A program made the translations under genes and the position numbers. A stretch of 64,000 bases of DNA, taken from NCBI RefSeq assembly GCF_006345805.1, contig NC_043011.1:45334464-45398463 (forward strand). Reading direction: 5' to 3'. The notes below the pieces were generated by a model. That model saw only the letters and a program-made list of their open reading frames with translations, made no database searches and was not told the DNA's origin. The number at the start of each line of letters is the position of its first letter. The first letter of the stretch is position 1. This document shows positions 11,137 through 23,095 of this stretch, in pieces. This DNA is from Octopus sinensis. Taxonomy: Eukaryota.

Positions 11137-11291
11137 AATGTATACATATACATACTTACATATATGCATATGTATATATATTTGTGTGTTGTATGTGTGT
11201 ATATATATATATAGATAAAATGTATATATATATATATAAATATATAATTTTGTGTGTATGTGAAGTGTATATATATATATATATGCATATC

Positions 11292-11334
<43 letters not shown>

Positions 11335-11679
11335 ATGTGTATATAGATATATATATGTATATCTATATGTGTGTATACATACATACATACATATATATAT
11401 ATATATAATATATACTAATGTATACATGTGTATGTATGTTCTTGCGCGCGTCTTCTAGTGTGTATAGGGGAGGCGTGTGTGTGTTAGTGTGCGTGCTATA
11501 GTGTGGGTGTTAACCTAAGTGGTTAGGCATTGTTGTAACGGCGTTAAAGTCTGCTGAGGGGCGATGTGGCGGTGTGGGGGAGTGTTGTAAAGGAGACTGG
11601 AGTGGGGGTAGGGAAGGAGAGGTCGACTGTTATCTTATTAACCGACACCAATCATTTCCGCTCAGAAGCAAAACGCACC

Positions 11680-11689
11680 ACTAGTAGTG

Positions 11690-11737
<48 letters not shown>

Positions 11738-11765
11738 ATAGTAGTAGTAGTAGTAGTAGTAGTAA

Positions 11766-11802
<37 letters not shown>

Positions 11803-12210
11803 GGTGGTGGTGGTGGTGGTGGTAGAATTGGCGGCGGTGATACGGGTGCTGGTGGTAGTAGTAATAATAGTGGTGGTGGTAGTTGTTGTAGTAGTAGTAG
11901 TGGTGGTAGCGGTGGTGGTGCTGGTGGTGGTGGTAGCGATGGTGGTAGGGATGGCGGCGGTGATACGGGTGCTGGTGGTAGTAGTAATAATAGTGGTGGT
12001 GCTAGTTGTTGTAGTAGTAGTGGTAGCGGTTGTGGTGGTAGGGGTGGTGGTGGTGGTGGTGGTGGTCGGGGTGGTGCTGGTGGTGGTGGTAGCGATGGTG
12101 GTAGGAGTGGCGGCGGTGATACGGGTGCTGGTGGTAGTAGTAATAGTAGTGGTGGTGCTAGTTGTTGTCGTAGTAGTAGTGGTAGCGATGGTGGTGGTGG
12201 TGGTGGTATC
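11680..12210. repeat. Compound (AGT)n/(GGT)n trinucleotide tract with three higher-order copies
   Basis: Pure AGT/GGT runs. The block GGCGGCGGTGATACGGGTGCTGGTGGTAGTAGTAAT recurs at ~11830, 11953 and 12109. Confidence 0.9.
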
Positions 12211-12442
12211 AATTGTTGTTGGCGTTAACTTTCTATTTGTTTCAAATATGTGTGGGGGTTTTGTTGTTGTTGTCTTTGTTAATAGGTTTCCGGTCTGTTA
12301 ACATCATCTTTAAAGTGTACGTATATCTTTAATGAGTATATATATCTTCAGGGAGTTTATCTGTGGAGGGTTTTAATCTTTAACGAACGTACCTGCAGAG
12401 AGTATGTCTTCAGGGAATATATCTTTAACGAGGATATCTGCA

Positions 12443-12508
12443 AAGAGTATGTCTTTAGAGAGTATGTCTTTAGAGAGTATGTCTTTAGAGAGTATGTCTT
12501 TGGAGAGC
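12443..12508. repeat. 15-bp minisatellite (AGAGAGTATGTCTTT)n with degenerate flanks
   Basis: About four near-perfect units, translated as SMSLE repeats in the ORF track. Confidence 0.85.
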
Positions 12509-12900
12509 ATTCTTGTAGAGCGTATATCTGTATGGAATATATCTATAGAGAGTATATCTTTAACGACAGTCTATATCAAAAATATGTTGAATATTGGGAG
12601 GGTCATTTTACCAATAAGAAACACGCGCAATGATTTTTTTGTCACTTCTTTATTTTTTGTTTGTTTTTCTTATTAATTTTATAAATCAACTGAAGGCGGC
12701 GAGCTGGCAGAATTGTTTCCGCGCAGGACAAAATACTATTCGTCTGTCTTTACGTTCTGCGTTCAAATTCCACCCAGGCTGACTTTGCTTTTCATCCATT
12801 CAGAGTTGATAAATTAAGTACCAGGGAAACACTGGGATCGATGTAATCGACTAGTCCCTTCCCCCAAAATTTCAGGCCTTGTGCCTTTAGTAGAAAGAAT

Positions 12901-13328
12901 GGACCTTTTCGGTTTGAACAGCAGTTTTTTCTAGCGGTGTCATATGAATTTGTCACCCATAATTATGACCCTAGTATCGATCTATTGCATTTCAATCTGT
13001 TTTAGGGTTAGGGTTAGGGCTAGGGTTAGGGGTGGGGGAAGGGTATCTTTTTTTCTTCACAAATGTAAATAAACCCAATGTGTTGCTTAAACGAGGGACA
13101 TATTCATACGGCACAGAATGTTTTTTTACCTCAATAGACGTCATTGATTGATTGAAATTGCAGAAATTGAAAAAAAAGCAACAAATATCTTACAAACTAT
13201 AGAATTTTCTCAATAAAGCCAAGAGAAAAAGATGTTTTATAAACACATTCTACCAGTATACGAAGTTTAAAAGTGCTTAGTTACGTGGAAATTATTTTAA
13301 AAAACTGCCGTTCAAACCGAAAGGATCC
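12901..13328. mobile_element. Non-autonomous TIR element, probably Merlin superfamily, with internal TTAGGG repeats
   Basis: TIRs GGACCTTTTCGGTTTGAACAGCAGTTTTTT / AAAAAACTGCCGTTCAAACCGAAAGGATCC. The 8-bp flanks GAAAGAAT and GTAAGAAT match 7/8 (putative TSD). (TTAGGG)-like x5 at 13002-13031. Confidence 0.7.
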
Positions 13329-13334
13329 GTAAGA

Positions 13335-13369
<35 letters not shown>

Positions 13370-13627
13370 GACGGTGAGCTGGCAGAATCGTTTCTACGGC
13401 TGACGAAATGCTTAGAGGCATTTCGTCTGTCTTTATGTTCTGAGTCCAAATTCCGCCGAGGTCGTCTTTGCCTTTTCTCTTTCGGAGTCGAAAGAATGAG
13501 TACCAATTGAGCTCTTGGGTCGACCTATCCGCTCCTCAGAAATTGCTGCCCTCGCGCCAAAATTTGAAACCAAAATTATAAGCCAACCGGTTAACCAATT
13601 GGCTTATCGATTGGTTTATTAAACAAT

Positions 13628-13799
13628 AGGCGCAGGAGTGGCTGTGTGGTAAGTAGCTTGCTAACCAACCACATGGTTCCGGGTTCAGTCCCACTGCGTG
13701 GCATCTTGGGCGAGTGACTTCTGCTATAGCCCCGGGCCGACCAATGCCTTGTGAGTGGATTTGGTAGACGGAAACTGAAAGAAGCCTGTCGTATATATG

Positions 13800-13834
<35 letters not shown>

Positions 13835-14045
13835 TTGTGTGTCTGTGTCTGTCCCCCTAACATTGCTTAACAACCAATGCTGGTGTGTTTACGTCCCCGT
13901 CACTTAGCGGTTCGGCAAAAGAGACCGATAGAATAAGTACTGGGCTTACAAAGAATAAGTCCCGGGGTCAAGTTGCTCGACTAAAGGCGCTGCTCCAGCA
14001 TGGCCGTAGTCAAATGACTGAAACAAGTAAAAGAGTAAAAAGAGT
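13628..14045 (+). mobile_element. SINE family A, full length
   Basis: Runs from AGGCGCAGGAGTGGCTGTGTGG to GAAACAAGTAAAAGAGTAAAAAGAGTAA. Confidence 0.85.
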
Positions 14046-14606
14046 AATTGATTGATCAATCAATCAGCTGTTTTGTCAGAGTCCTTAGTCTCCATTTACG
14101 ACCTCATCAAAAGACAGGAATAAATGATTGGAGGCAATGAAATAGAGATGGAGGAATGGGACTATGCCATCGATGAGATCGCGAATGACGGCGTTGGATT
14201 CTAACAAACCAGCCAATTGACTGATCAAATGAATAATCAAACACTTGATTAGTTAATTAGTTAATTGGTTAACTTGTTGATTAACGTTTATAGAATGAAG
14301 TAAAATAGAACCAGTGCTTGCATTTGTTATTTGCAAAATGACCCTCCCATGGTACAACACTATCCGTTTCATCACATCATTTACCATTAATAAAAAAGAC
14401 TTACGAGACAAATACAGATTTAAATTATTTCTTACAAATATACATTATATCGTTCAGTTTCATTTCTAGTGGTCACCAGTTGTTTTATGCCTGTATATGT
14501 CTACCTTGTACGTCTACAGAAAACGTGATGAACAATGCAAATGACGGCACAAGAGATATAAGTTTTAAAATATGGCACTGACCTGATGCTTCAATAAGAA
14601 AAGAAA

Positions 14607-14644
14607 GTCTTAACGTTTCGGACGTTCGTCCTTCATTAGAAGAC
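14607..14644 (-). ncRNA. Minimal type I HHR fold with G5A core substitution (likely inactive)
   Basis: Minus strand: GTCTT-CTAATGA-A-GGAC(GAAC)GTCC-GAA-ACGT-T-AAGAC. Confidence 0.55.
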
Positions 14645-15685
14645 AGAGAAAAACCATTGAGAAGACAGAAAGAGGAATAGTCAACGAGAGAAGGAAAGAA
14701 AACTGCGAGAGGTTAGGAACCAGGTAAGAATGTGGTTCTATGAAGGAAGAGTCATGAAGTGAGGATGGGATGGGTGTGTATGTCCAACAATAGGAGTGTA
14801 TTCGTGTCTCTTTTGGTCTCATATCGTCTTATTTCTGGATATGTCTGCCTTAGTCTCATAGTCTAAATATATACATAGCTATATTGTATTGTCTTATTTG
14901 TAGATATGTCTACCTTGGTCGCATGTTCTATACACGATTCTACATTTAATGATTTAATAATCTACGAAACTTTCAGGAATGAGATGTTATTCTAGAATCT
15001 ATTTTAACCCTACGTCTGTTGTGATTGAACAAACCTATGATGAAGGGAATTCCAGCCATGACCATCCTGTTTTTTATGTATATCTAATGCTACATTGTTT
15101 TACGTGCCATCCTTTTATAAGACAGTGGTAGGATTTGAAGGGGATTTGACTTCTATTTCTCGCACACCGTGCGACCATGTACAGGTCCCTTCATTGACAT
15201 TTTCTTATTGGTTAGCGAGGCAGTAGGGGGATGGGACCATGGCTTTGACATGATCCTCCACCGTTGTGAATGGTGAGATTAACACAGTTAATTTTCCTCT
15301 TGAATTTGTGGCTACTTAATGTTTGAGGGACCAATATAAAGGGAAAAGGAAGGAATTACAAAACATTCTGGTTTGTAGGAATGGGAATCACGCTGAATCT
15401 CCCCGAGAACTACAGTAAGGGTACATGTGTCTGTGGAGTACTCAGCCACTTGCACGTTAATTTCATGAGCTGGCTGTTCCGTTGCTCGGATCAACAGGAA
15501 TCCACGTCGTCGTAACCGACGAAGTGCCACGACATATAAATGAGAGCACTAAAATCTTTTAAACGGTTTAAGGCTTCTGTGGGTCTTAATCCGACCCTGA
15601 CTAAGAATAAGTGGTAAGTGAAAACAAATGATTCCTAAATGCTGGAATGGAGGTGGCATGAGATCGGTCAGCTCCATGGAATAAA

Positions 15686-15981
15686 GGAGGCACACATGAC
15701 CTTGTCGTTAGAGCAGCGGACTCGCGGTCGAGGGATCGCGGGTTCGAATCTCAGACCGGGCGATGTGTGTGTTTATGAGCGAAACACCTAAGCTCCACGC
15801 AGCTCCGGCAGAAGATAATGGCGAACTTCTGCTGACTCTTTCGCCACAACTTTCTCTCACGCTTTCCTCCTGCATCTTGCAGCTCACCGGCGTCCCGTCC
15901 AGGTGGGGAGCCTATACGCCAAGGAAACCGGGAAACCGGCCCTTATGAGCCAGGCGTGCCTCGAGAAGGAACAAGCAATAA
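15686..15981 (+). mobile_element. SINE family C (tail type 2)
   Basis: Head and body homologous to 2623-2928; different 3' half (CCGGCGTCCCGTCCAGG...GAAACCGGGAAACCGGCCC). Confidence 0.75.
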
Positions 15982-16244
15982 AGGTCACTGTAGTAGTGGT
16001 AAAAAGCAGAGAGAGAGGAGACATAGGATGTCAGTGAGCCAAGGGTTAGAGTTTGATGATAAGTGATTTCCTGTGAATCAGTATGGACACAGACTGAGAT
16101 GTCTTTGTGTGTGTGTCATCATCCCAGATGTGGGACAAGTGGTCTATTGTAGATCCTACATGTGTTTTAATGAGGGGTCACAGCTGTTGCTGGCGAAGTG
16201 GAAGTTCTGAATGGGAAAGGTCAGTTCTTGTGATACACTTTTAT

Positions 16245-16810
16245 TCTCTTATTATTTGTTTGTCATTTCACTGCGGCCATGCTGGAGTATTACCTTTTAG
16301 TCGAAAAAAACTACCCCAGGACTTATTCTTTGTAAGCCTAGTACTTATTCTATCGGTCTCTTTTACCGAACCGCTAAGTTACGGGGCCGTAAACACACCA
16401 GCATCGGTTGTCAAGCGATTGTGGGGGGAGCAAACACAAACACACACTCACACACGCGAGGACGTGGAACAAATATAGTATTATTGGACGCTCAGGAAAG
16501 GAAAGAAGGAGGGTTCAACGTTTCGAGCTCTTCGTCGGAAACATAGGAGAAGGAAAGATCCAAAGAAGGGAAGACAGAGGAAAAAAAATCGTCAACGGTA
16601 CACACGCGGTCACAGAGAGAGAGAGAGAGGGAGAGAGAGAGAGAACTATGACGGGCTTCTTTCAATTTCCGTCTAGCAAATCTACTCACAAGGCTTTGGT
16701 CAGCCCGAGACTATAGTAGAAAACACTTGCCCAAAATGCCACGCAGTGGGACTGAACCTGAAACCATGTGGTTGGTAAGCAAGCTACTTACCACACAGCC
16801 ATTGCTGCGA
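16245..16810 (-). mobile_element. SINE family A with a nested ~160-bp HHR-bearing element (~16453-16612) in its internal microsatellite
   Basis: The family A 3' half (16245-16452) and 5' half (16648-16810) are separated by a sequence homologous to 17880-18050. Confidence 0.75.
16513..16542 (-). ncRNA. Degenerate minimal HHR fold (U4C, helix II loop deleted)
   Basis: Minus strand: GTTT-CCGACGA-A-GAGCTC-GAA-ACGT-T-GAAC. Confidence 0.45.
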
Positions 16811-17143
16811 CTTTTGTTTATGTCAAGAAAATGTGTTCGCTCAGAGAGATCTACAGTTGTAATTAGACAGCTACAATTGCAATATGTGGGTGGGGCACCA
16901 GTAATCTCGAATGCAAGAATGGTAATCCTTCGTAGGTATCCTCGAACCCTAAGCTAGAAACCTAAATGGGACCAATGGAAGCGGTCTATCAGGAAATTCC
17001 CCAACTCTTTTTTTTACCTGTTGAAAGTAAAGAAAGTATGTGTCTACATTTTAATTTTTTCTTTCACTAATAGGCTTTCTAACATTCAGATTTATTTCAG
17101 TCCTTCTGAGTTATACTTTTGTGTATAGAATATTATTCAAACC

Positions 17144-17480
17144 ATGATAAGCCGTCAAAATTTTAAAGATCCTGCAAATGGACAGAGATTTAAAAACATA
17201 TTACTCGAAGTCTTCGACGAAATAGAAGGGGATATAGCATCATATAATGTGGAAAACAACTGGAGGTTTCTACCGGACAACCTGCTGAAAATAATTGACC
17301 AGATCTGTGGATGGTGCAAAGTCCCTTCTCGACCCAAGGTAATGTGGTGAGGGAACAATGTGGTTGATAGGGCTATTAGACAAAAGAAACAGGCTTGGAA
17401 GGACTGGAGGAACGGAGGTAGCAGGGAACTGTATCAGACTACCAGAAGGGAAGCTAGGAGACAGGTTTATTTAGCCACGT
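17144..17480 (+). mobile_element. RTE-clade LINE ORF2 fragment (endonuclease-RT linker) with an in-frame stop
   Basis: Reads WRFLPDNLLKIIDQICGWCKVPSRPKVMW*GNNVVDRAIRQKKQAWKDWRNGGSRELYQTTRREARRQVYLA in one frame. This matches the WWN..V..AI..KK.A.K.W linker pattern. Confidence 0.7.
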
Positions 17481-17803
17481 GAGGGCATAATTTGTAACCT
17501 GTTTTTTCTAGACAAGTTGAATATTCCGTGTTATTAATTAGGGAAGTAAAACAGTTACGTCTTCTCTGAGGAGCGGTCAACAGATTGTGAAAGTGTCCGT
17601 CAGGAGACTTTTTCTAATTTTTCTATCTCTTTTTCTTCCTCTCTCATAGTCCCTCTGTTTCTACACAGTGAAAACATATAAAGAATGCGTTGAAATTTAT
17701 ATATTTCTTGCACTTCTGTACTCCTGCTCCCTCCCTCCCTCTCTCCCTATCTCTCTCTCCCTCGCTCGCTCTCTGTATATACATACATGTATGTATGTAT
17801 GTA

Positions 17804-17840
<37 letters not shown>

Positions 17841-17938
17841 AATCCAAAAGAACGAAGAAAAAACACATGAAAAAACAACAACGCGAGGACGTGGTACTTG
17901 CAAAGTATTAAAAGACGGCCAGGGAAGGAAAGAAATAG

Positions 17939-17975
17939 TGGTTTACGTTTCGAGCATGGCTCTTCTTCAGAAACA
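17939..17975 (-). ncRNA. Minimal type I HHR fold with intact C3-G8 core
   Basis: Minus strand: TGTTT-CTGAAGA-A-GAGC(CAT)GCTC-GAA-ACGT-A-AACCA. GUA triplet; helix I 4/5 paired. Confidence 0.6.
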
Positions 17976-18190
17976 GGAGACAGAGGAAAGTCCAAGAGAA
18001 AAGGAAGATGGAAGAAAAGAATTGCCATCAATCCACATGTAGTTAACCATGCCTACATGAATTGTTTCGGGTGCCTGTGTAGTCGCAAGTAGTCAGTGAC
18101 AGTTTCCCGGCTCTGCCGCCCCTCAATCCGGGAGAGAGGGAGAGGGAGAACTGCACTAGCACTCAGTTGGTATTCATATGCAGTTGAGTA

Positions 18191-19470
18191 GTTTGGGTTA
18201 ACATTTAAACGAAGTGTCTCATTCAGTTGGGAATTGAACCTACGAACCGACAACCTTATGATCGTGAGGCCAACGCCTTTAACCACTGGGCCACACGCTT
18301 TCTCACGTACAGATACACGCATTCACACATCACGTACCTATACACATACATGTGTGTGTGCGTGTGTGTGTGTGTATATGTTTGGGGTAACATTTAAACG
18401 AAGTGTCTCATTCAGTTGTGAATTGAACCTACGAACCGACAACCTTATGATCGTGAGGCCAACGCCTTTAACCACTGGGCCACACGCTTTCACACATACA
18501 CATACACACATTCACACACCACGTACCTATACACATACATGTGTGTGTGTGTGTGGTGTATATATATGTTTGGGGTAACATTTAAACGAAGTGTCTCATT
18601 CAGTTGGGAATTGAAACTACGAACCGACGACCTTATGGACGTGAGGCCAACACCTTTAACCACTGGGCCACACGCTTTCACACATACACACATTCACACA
18701 CCACGTACCTATACACATACATGTGTGTGTGTGTGTATATATATATGTTTGGGGTAACATTTAAACGAAGTGTCTCATTCAGTTGGGAATTGAACCTACG
18801 AACCGACAACCTTATGATCGTGAGGCCAACGCCTTTAACCACTGGGCCACACGCTTTCTCACATACACATACACACATTCACACACCACGTACCTATACA
18901 CATACATGTGTGTGTGTGTGTGTGTATATATGTTTGGGGGTAACATTTAAACGAAGTGTCTCATTCAGTTGGGAATTGAACCTACGAACCGACAACCTTA
19001 TGATCGTGAGGCCAACGCCTTTAACCACTGGGCCACACGCTTTCTCACATACACACATTCACACACCACGTACCTATACACATACATGTGTGTGTGTGTA
19101 TATATGTTTGGGGTCACATTTAAACGAAGTGTCTCATTCAGTTGGGAATTGAACCTACGAACCGATAACCTTATGATCGTGAGGCCAAAGCCTTTAACCA
19201 CTGGGCCACACGCTTTCACATATACACATACACACATTCACACATCACGTACCTATACACATACATGTGTGTGTGTGTGTGTATGTTTGGGGTAACATTT
19301 AAACGAAGTGTCTCATTCAATTGGGAATTGAAACTACGAACCGACAACCTTATGATCGTGAGGCCAACGCCTTTAACCACTGGGCCACACGCTTTCACAC
19401 ATACACATACACACATTCACACAGACACATTCACACATCACGTACCTATATATACATACATGTGTGTGTG
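18191..19470 (-). repeat. Tandem array of seven ~180-bp units, each with a tRNA-like (Val-CAC-like) SINE head plus a (CA/TG) spacer
   Basis: Units start at ~18191, 18380, 18568, 18747, 18932, 19106 and 19285. The minus strand carries TGGCCCAGTGG (A box), loop CTCACGA and GGTTCAATTCC (B box). Confidence 0.85.
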
Positions 19471-19483
19471 TGAGTGTGTGTGT

Positions 19484-19524
<41 letters not shown>

Positions 19525-20099
19525 GCTCACTTCCCAACCAAACAGTTCTGCGTTCAAGCCAACTGCGCAGTACCTTGCTAAGGTGTCTTTTATTACAGCT
19601 TCGGTCTGACGAATACCTTTGTGTGTGTGTGTGAGTGTGTGCGCGCGCGCGCGCGTTTATTAGCTAGGTGTGTTGTTTACACTGTATTGCTACTGCATGC
19701 CCCGTAAAGCAAGTGGGTCGACAAGCAGAGAATGATGAAACGTGTAGCAGACTGAAGTAACCGTATTGGAGTCAAAAAAGCCTTCAACTTACTAGTGCTC
19801 CAGAATGGTCGCGGTTCATTGATTTGGAAATCAGCGAAAGCATATGAAATCTATGTAGAACGCACACCTCTACACACGTGGTTTGCTGCTGCGGTTTTTG
19901 ATATCACCTGACGAGGAGTAAAAATGAATGAATAAGATAGAGAGAGAGAGAGAAAGACGGGGGAGAAAGAGATACAGAAAGAGAGGGGGATGGGGAAGGA
20001 GAGGGGATGGGGAGGGAGAGGGGGATGGGGAGGGAGAGGGGGATGGAGAGGGCGAGACAGATAGACAGAGACAGAGAAACAGTCAGAAACCATATGAAA

Positions 20100-20100
20100 C

Positions 20101-20133
<33 letters not shown>

Positions 20134-20134
20134 T

Positions 20135-20175
<41 letters not shown>

Positions 20176-20179
20176 TGTT

Positions 20180-20238
<59 letters not shown>

Positions 20239-20262
20239 TGTGGTGGTGGTGGTGGTAGTGAT
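20100..20262. repeat. (GTA)n/(GTG)n microsatellite
   Basis: About 50 triplets. Confidence 0.95.
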
Positions 20263-21019
20263 AAAGATGGTGGAGGTAAGACGCTAGTTTTATGAATTAA
20301 TATCGCCAGCAAAGATGATGTCATGTGAAGAAGCGTTTTTTTTCTCTTTCTTTTTCTCCTTTTCTTGAATGACTGTTACATATATGGAAATAACCACGCC
20401 CCTATGACATCATGGAGGTGTAGACCACAGTAGGATTTCAACTAATGACAGCAAAGGTGTCTAATTAACATAAATAATTCATGTCATGAAGTCCTAGTGT
20501 CGTGTGATTGAAATGTGGTGGACTAACGTCTTGACCAGTAATGTTAACGTCGAGGTTTCGCTTCCCTCCAACGGTTTTCATTATGGTCGTTTCACGTCTC
20601 ACTTTGACTAATCATGGATATTGTAGCTATTGTAAGAAACATGAACATCACAGATTCTCGATTTCTTCTAATTTTTTTAAATGCCAATAATTTATGCATG
20701 TATGAATGAAATTGTGTGTGTATATATGTATGTATGTGTGTGTGTTTAGGTGTTTACTGGTGTACTTTTTATATGTATCTCTGTATTTGCATATTCCTTT
20801 ATATGTGTATGATCTATTATAGTGTGTGTGTGTATGTGCGTGTGTATGTGTGCGTGTGTGTAAGTATGTGCTGTTCGGCTACCTGCGTTCGTGTTGTTAC
20901 TTTCCATATGTGTAGTTTAACAATAGGTAGGCGCTGATAGAGCTGACAGGCCTTATAATCAAAGACGTTCCAGAAAAGACTATCGCGCTAATTTTTCTGG
21001 TAGTACAGAGTACTGTTAG

Positions 21020-21590
21020 AATATTCTTTTCTACTCTAGGCACAAGGCTCAAAATGTTTTGGAAAGAGTGCCAGTCGATTAGTTCGACCTCAGTATGCAA
21101 CTGGTACCTAATTCATCGACCTCGAAAGGATGAAAGGCAAACTCGACCTCGGCGGAATTTGAACTCAGAACGTAAAGGCAGACGAAAGACCAAGAAGCAT
21201 TTCGTCCGGGATGCAAACGTTTCTGCCAGCTCGCCGCCTTGTGATTTTAGAATATTCTTTTGTACTCTAGACACAAGGCCTGAAATTTTGGAGGACCCCA
21301 GTACGCAACTGGTACTTTTATTTATCGACCCCAAAGGATGAAAGGCAATGTCGACCTCGGCGAAATTTGCTTTTCTACTCTAGGCACAAGAGAGGAAATT
21401 TTGGGGGAGGGGCGAGTCGATGAAATCGACCCCAGTACGAAACTGGTATTTAATTTATCGACCCCGAAAGGATGAAAGGTAAAGTCACCTCGGCGGAATT
21501 TGAACTCAGAACGTAACGGCAGACGAAATACCGCTAAGCATTTCGCCCGCCGTGCTAACGCTTCCGCCAGCTAGCCGCCTACGAGTTTGC
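21020..21590 (-). mobile_element. Cluster of full and partial SINE family B copies
   Basis: The B core recurs at ~21125, 21335 and 21470. Confidence 0.8.
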
Positions 21591-21769
21591 TTCTTGGAAA
21601 ACGTAAGGAACGAAACCAGGTCTTGTTCATTGCATTTGTGGCATTATAAAACTGGAAACTTCTATGGAATATTCTTAGAAAGCTTGCTGCCCGCCAAAAT
21701 CTGTCCATCTCCACCACCATTTCCATATGGGCATGATATCTGGTGGCATTACTGGAAAAAGAAATCTGA

Positions 21770-21826
21770 GACTCTTAATAAAACGACGAGTGTAAGACAA
21801 GGCTTCGTACTGTCTCCTTTACTCTT
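21770..21826 (+). mobile_element. Tiny LINE reverse-transcriptase remnant
   Basis: SVRQGFVLSPLLF resembles the non-LTR RT motif GVRQGCVLSPLLF. Confidence 0.4.
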
Positions 21827-21829
21827 TAC

Positions 21830-22106
21830 TTTTTTACTCTTTTACTCGTTTTAGTCATTTGACTGCGGCCATACTGGAGCACCGCCTTTAGTCGAGCAAA
21901 TCGATCCCAGGACTTATTCTTTGTAAGCCTAGTACTTATTCTATCGGTCTCTTTTCCCGAACCGCTAAGTTACGGGGACGTAAACACACCAGCATCGGTT
22001 GTCAAGCGATATTGGGGGACAAACACTGACACAAAACATACACACACACACACACCACACACACACAACACACACACACACACAATATATATATATATAT
22101 ATATAT

Positions 22107-22146
<40 letters not shown>

Positions 22147-22310
22147 GACGGGCTTCTTTCAGTTTCCGTCTACCAAATCCACTCACAAGGTTTTGGTCGG
22201 CCTGATACTAGAGTAGTAGACACTTGCCCAAGGTGCCACGCAATGGGACTGAACCCGGAACCATGTGGTTGATAAGCAAGCTACTTACTACACAGCCACT
22301 CCTACGCCTA
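21830..22310 (-). mobile_element. SINE family A
   Basis: Homologous to 100-500. Confidence 0.8.
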
Positions 22311-22614
22311 TACTTTTATTTTTTTATGTTTCATCATTTATCTTTTACTAGTTCCGGTCATTGGACTGTGCCCATGCTGGGGCACCACTTTATAAGGTTT
22401 AATACAACACATTAACCCCAGTGCTTACTTTTCTGTTTCGGTCCGGTGCCTGTTCTATTGTGTTCTTTTGCCGAACCGCTAAGTCACAGGAACGTAAACA
22501 AAACAATACCGGTTGTCAAGCTGTCGGGACGAGGACAGACACGAACACAAAGACACACACATAGATACACACACACACACATATATATATTATGTGTATT
22601 ATATTATATATATA

Positions 22615-22653
<39 letters not shown>

Positions 22654-23095
22654 CGACGGGCTTCTTTCAGTTTCCGTCTACCAAATCCACTCACAAGGTT
22701 TTGGTCGGCCTGATACTAGAGTAGTAGACACTTGCCCAAGGTGCCACGCAATGGGACTGAACCCGGAACCATGTGGTTGATAAGCAAGCTACTTACTACA
22801 CAGCCACTCCTCCTACGCCTATACTTTTATTTTTTTATGTTTCATCATTTATCTTTTACTAGTTCCGGTCATTGGACTGTGCCCATGCTGGGGCACCACT
22901 TTATAAGGTTTAATACAACACATTAACCCCAGTGCTTACTTTTCTGTTTCGGTCCGGTGCCTGTTCTATTGTGTTCTTTTGCCGAACCGCTAAGTCACAG
23001 GAACGTAAACAAAACAATACCGGTTGTCAAGCTGTCGGGACGAGGACAGACACGAACACAAAGACACACACATAGATACACACACACACACATAT
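22145..23095. repeat. ~508-bp near-identical tandem duplication
   Basis: Copies start at ACGACGGGCTTC (22145 and 22653). Apart from the microsatellite tracts, the visible difference is a CCT insertion. Confidence 0.85.

Noticed and set aside
11566-12301. Long ORFs on both strands (220, 186 and 204 aa; poly-S/G, poly-P/L, poly-V)
   Set aside because: Stop-free frames of AGT/GGT trinucleotide repeats; no domain or splice signals.
13002-13031. Telomere or chromosome-fusion remnant
   Set aside because: Only five units, located inside a TIR-bounded element.
18191-19470. Possible CRISPR array or tRNA gene cluster
   Set aside because: The context is eukaryotic, the units are contiguous with only microsatellite length variation (no unique spacers), and the heads do not form a canonical cloverleaf.
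19639-19655. (CG)n runs here and at ~47748 and ~49043 as Z-DNA regulatory elements
   Set aside because: Short extensions of (TG)n microsatellites, with nothing in the sequence linking them to function.
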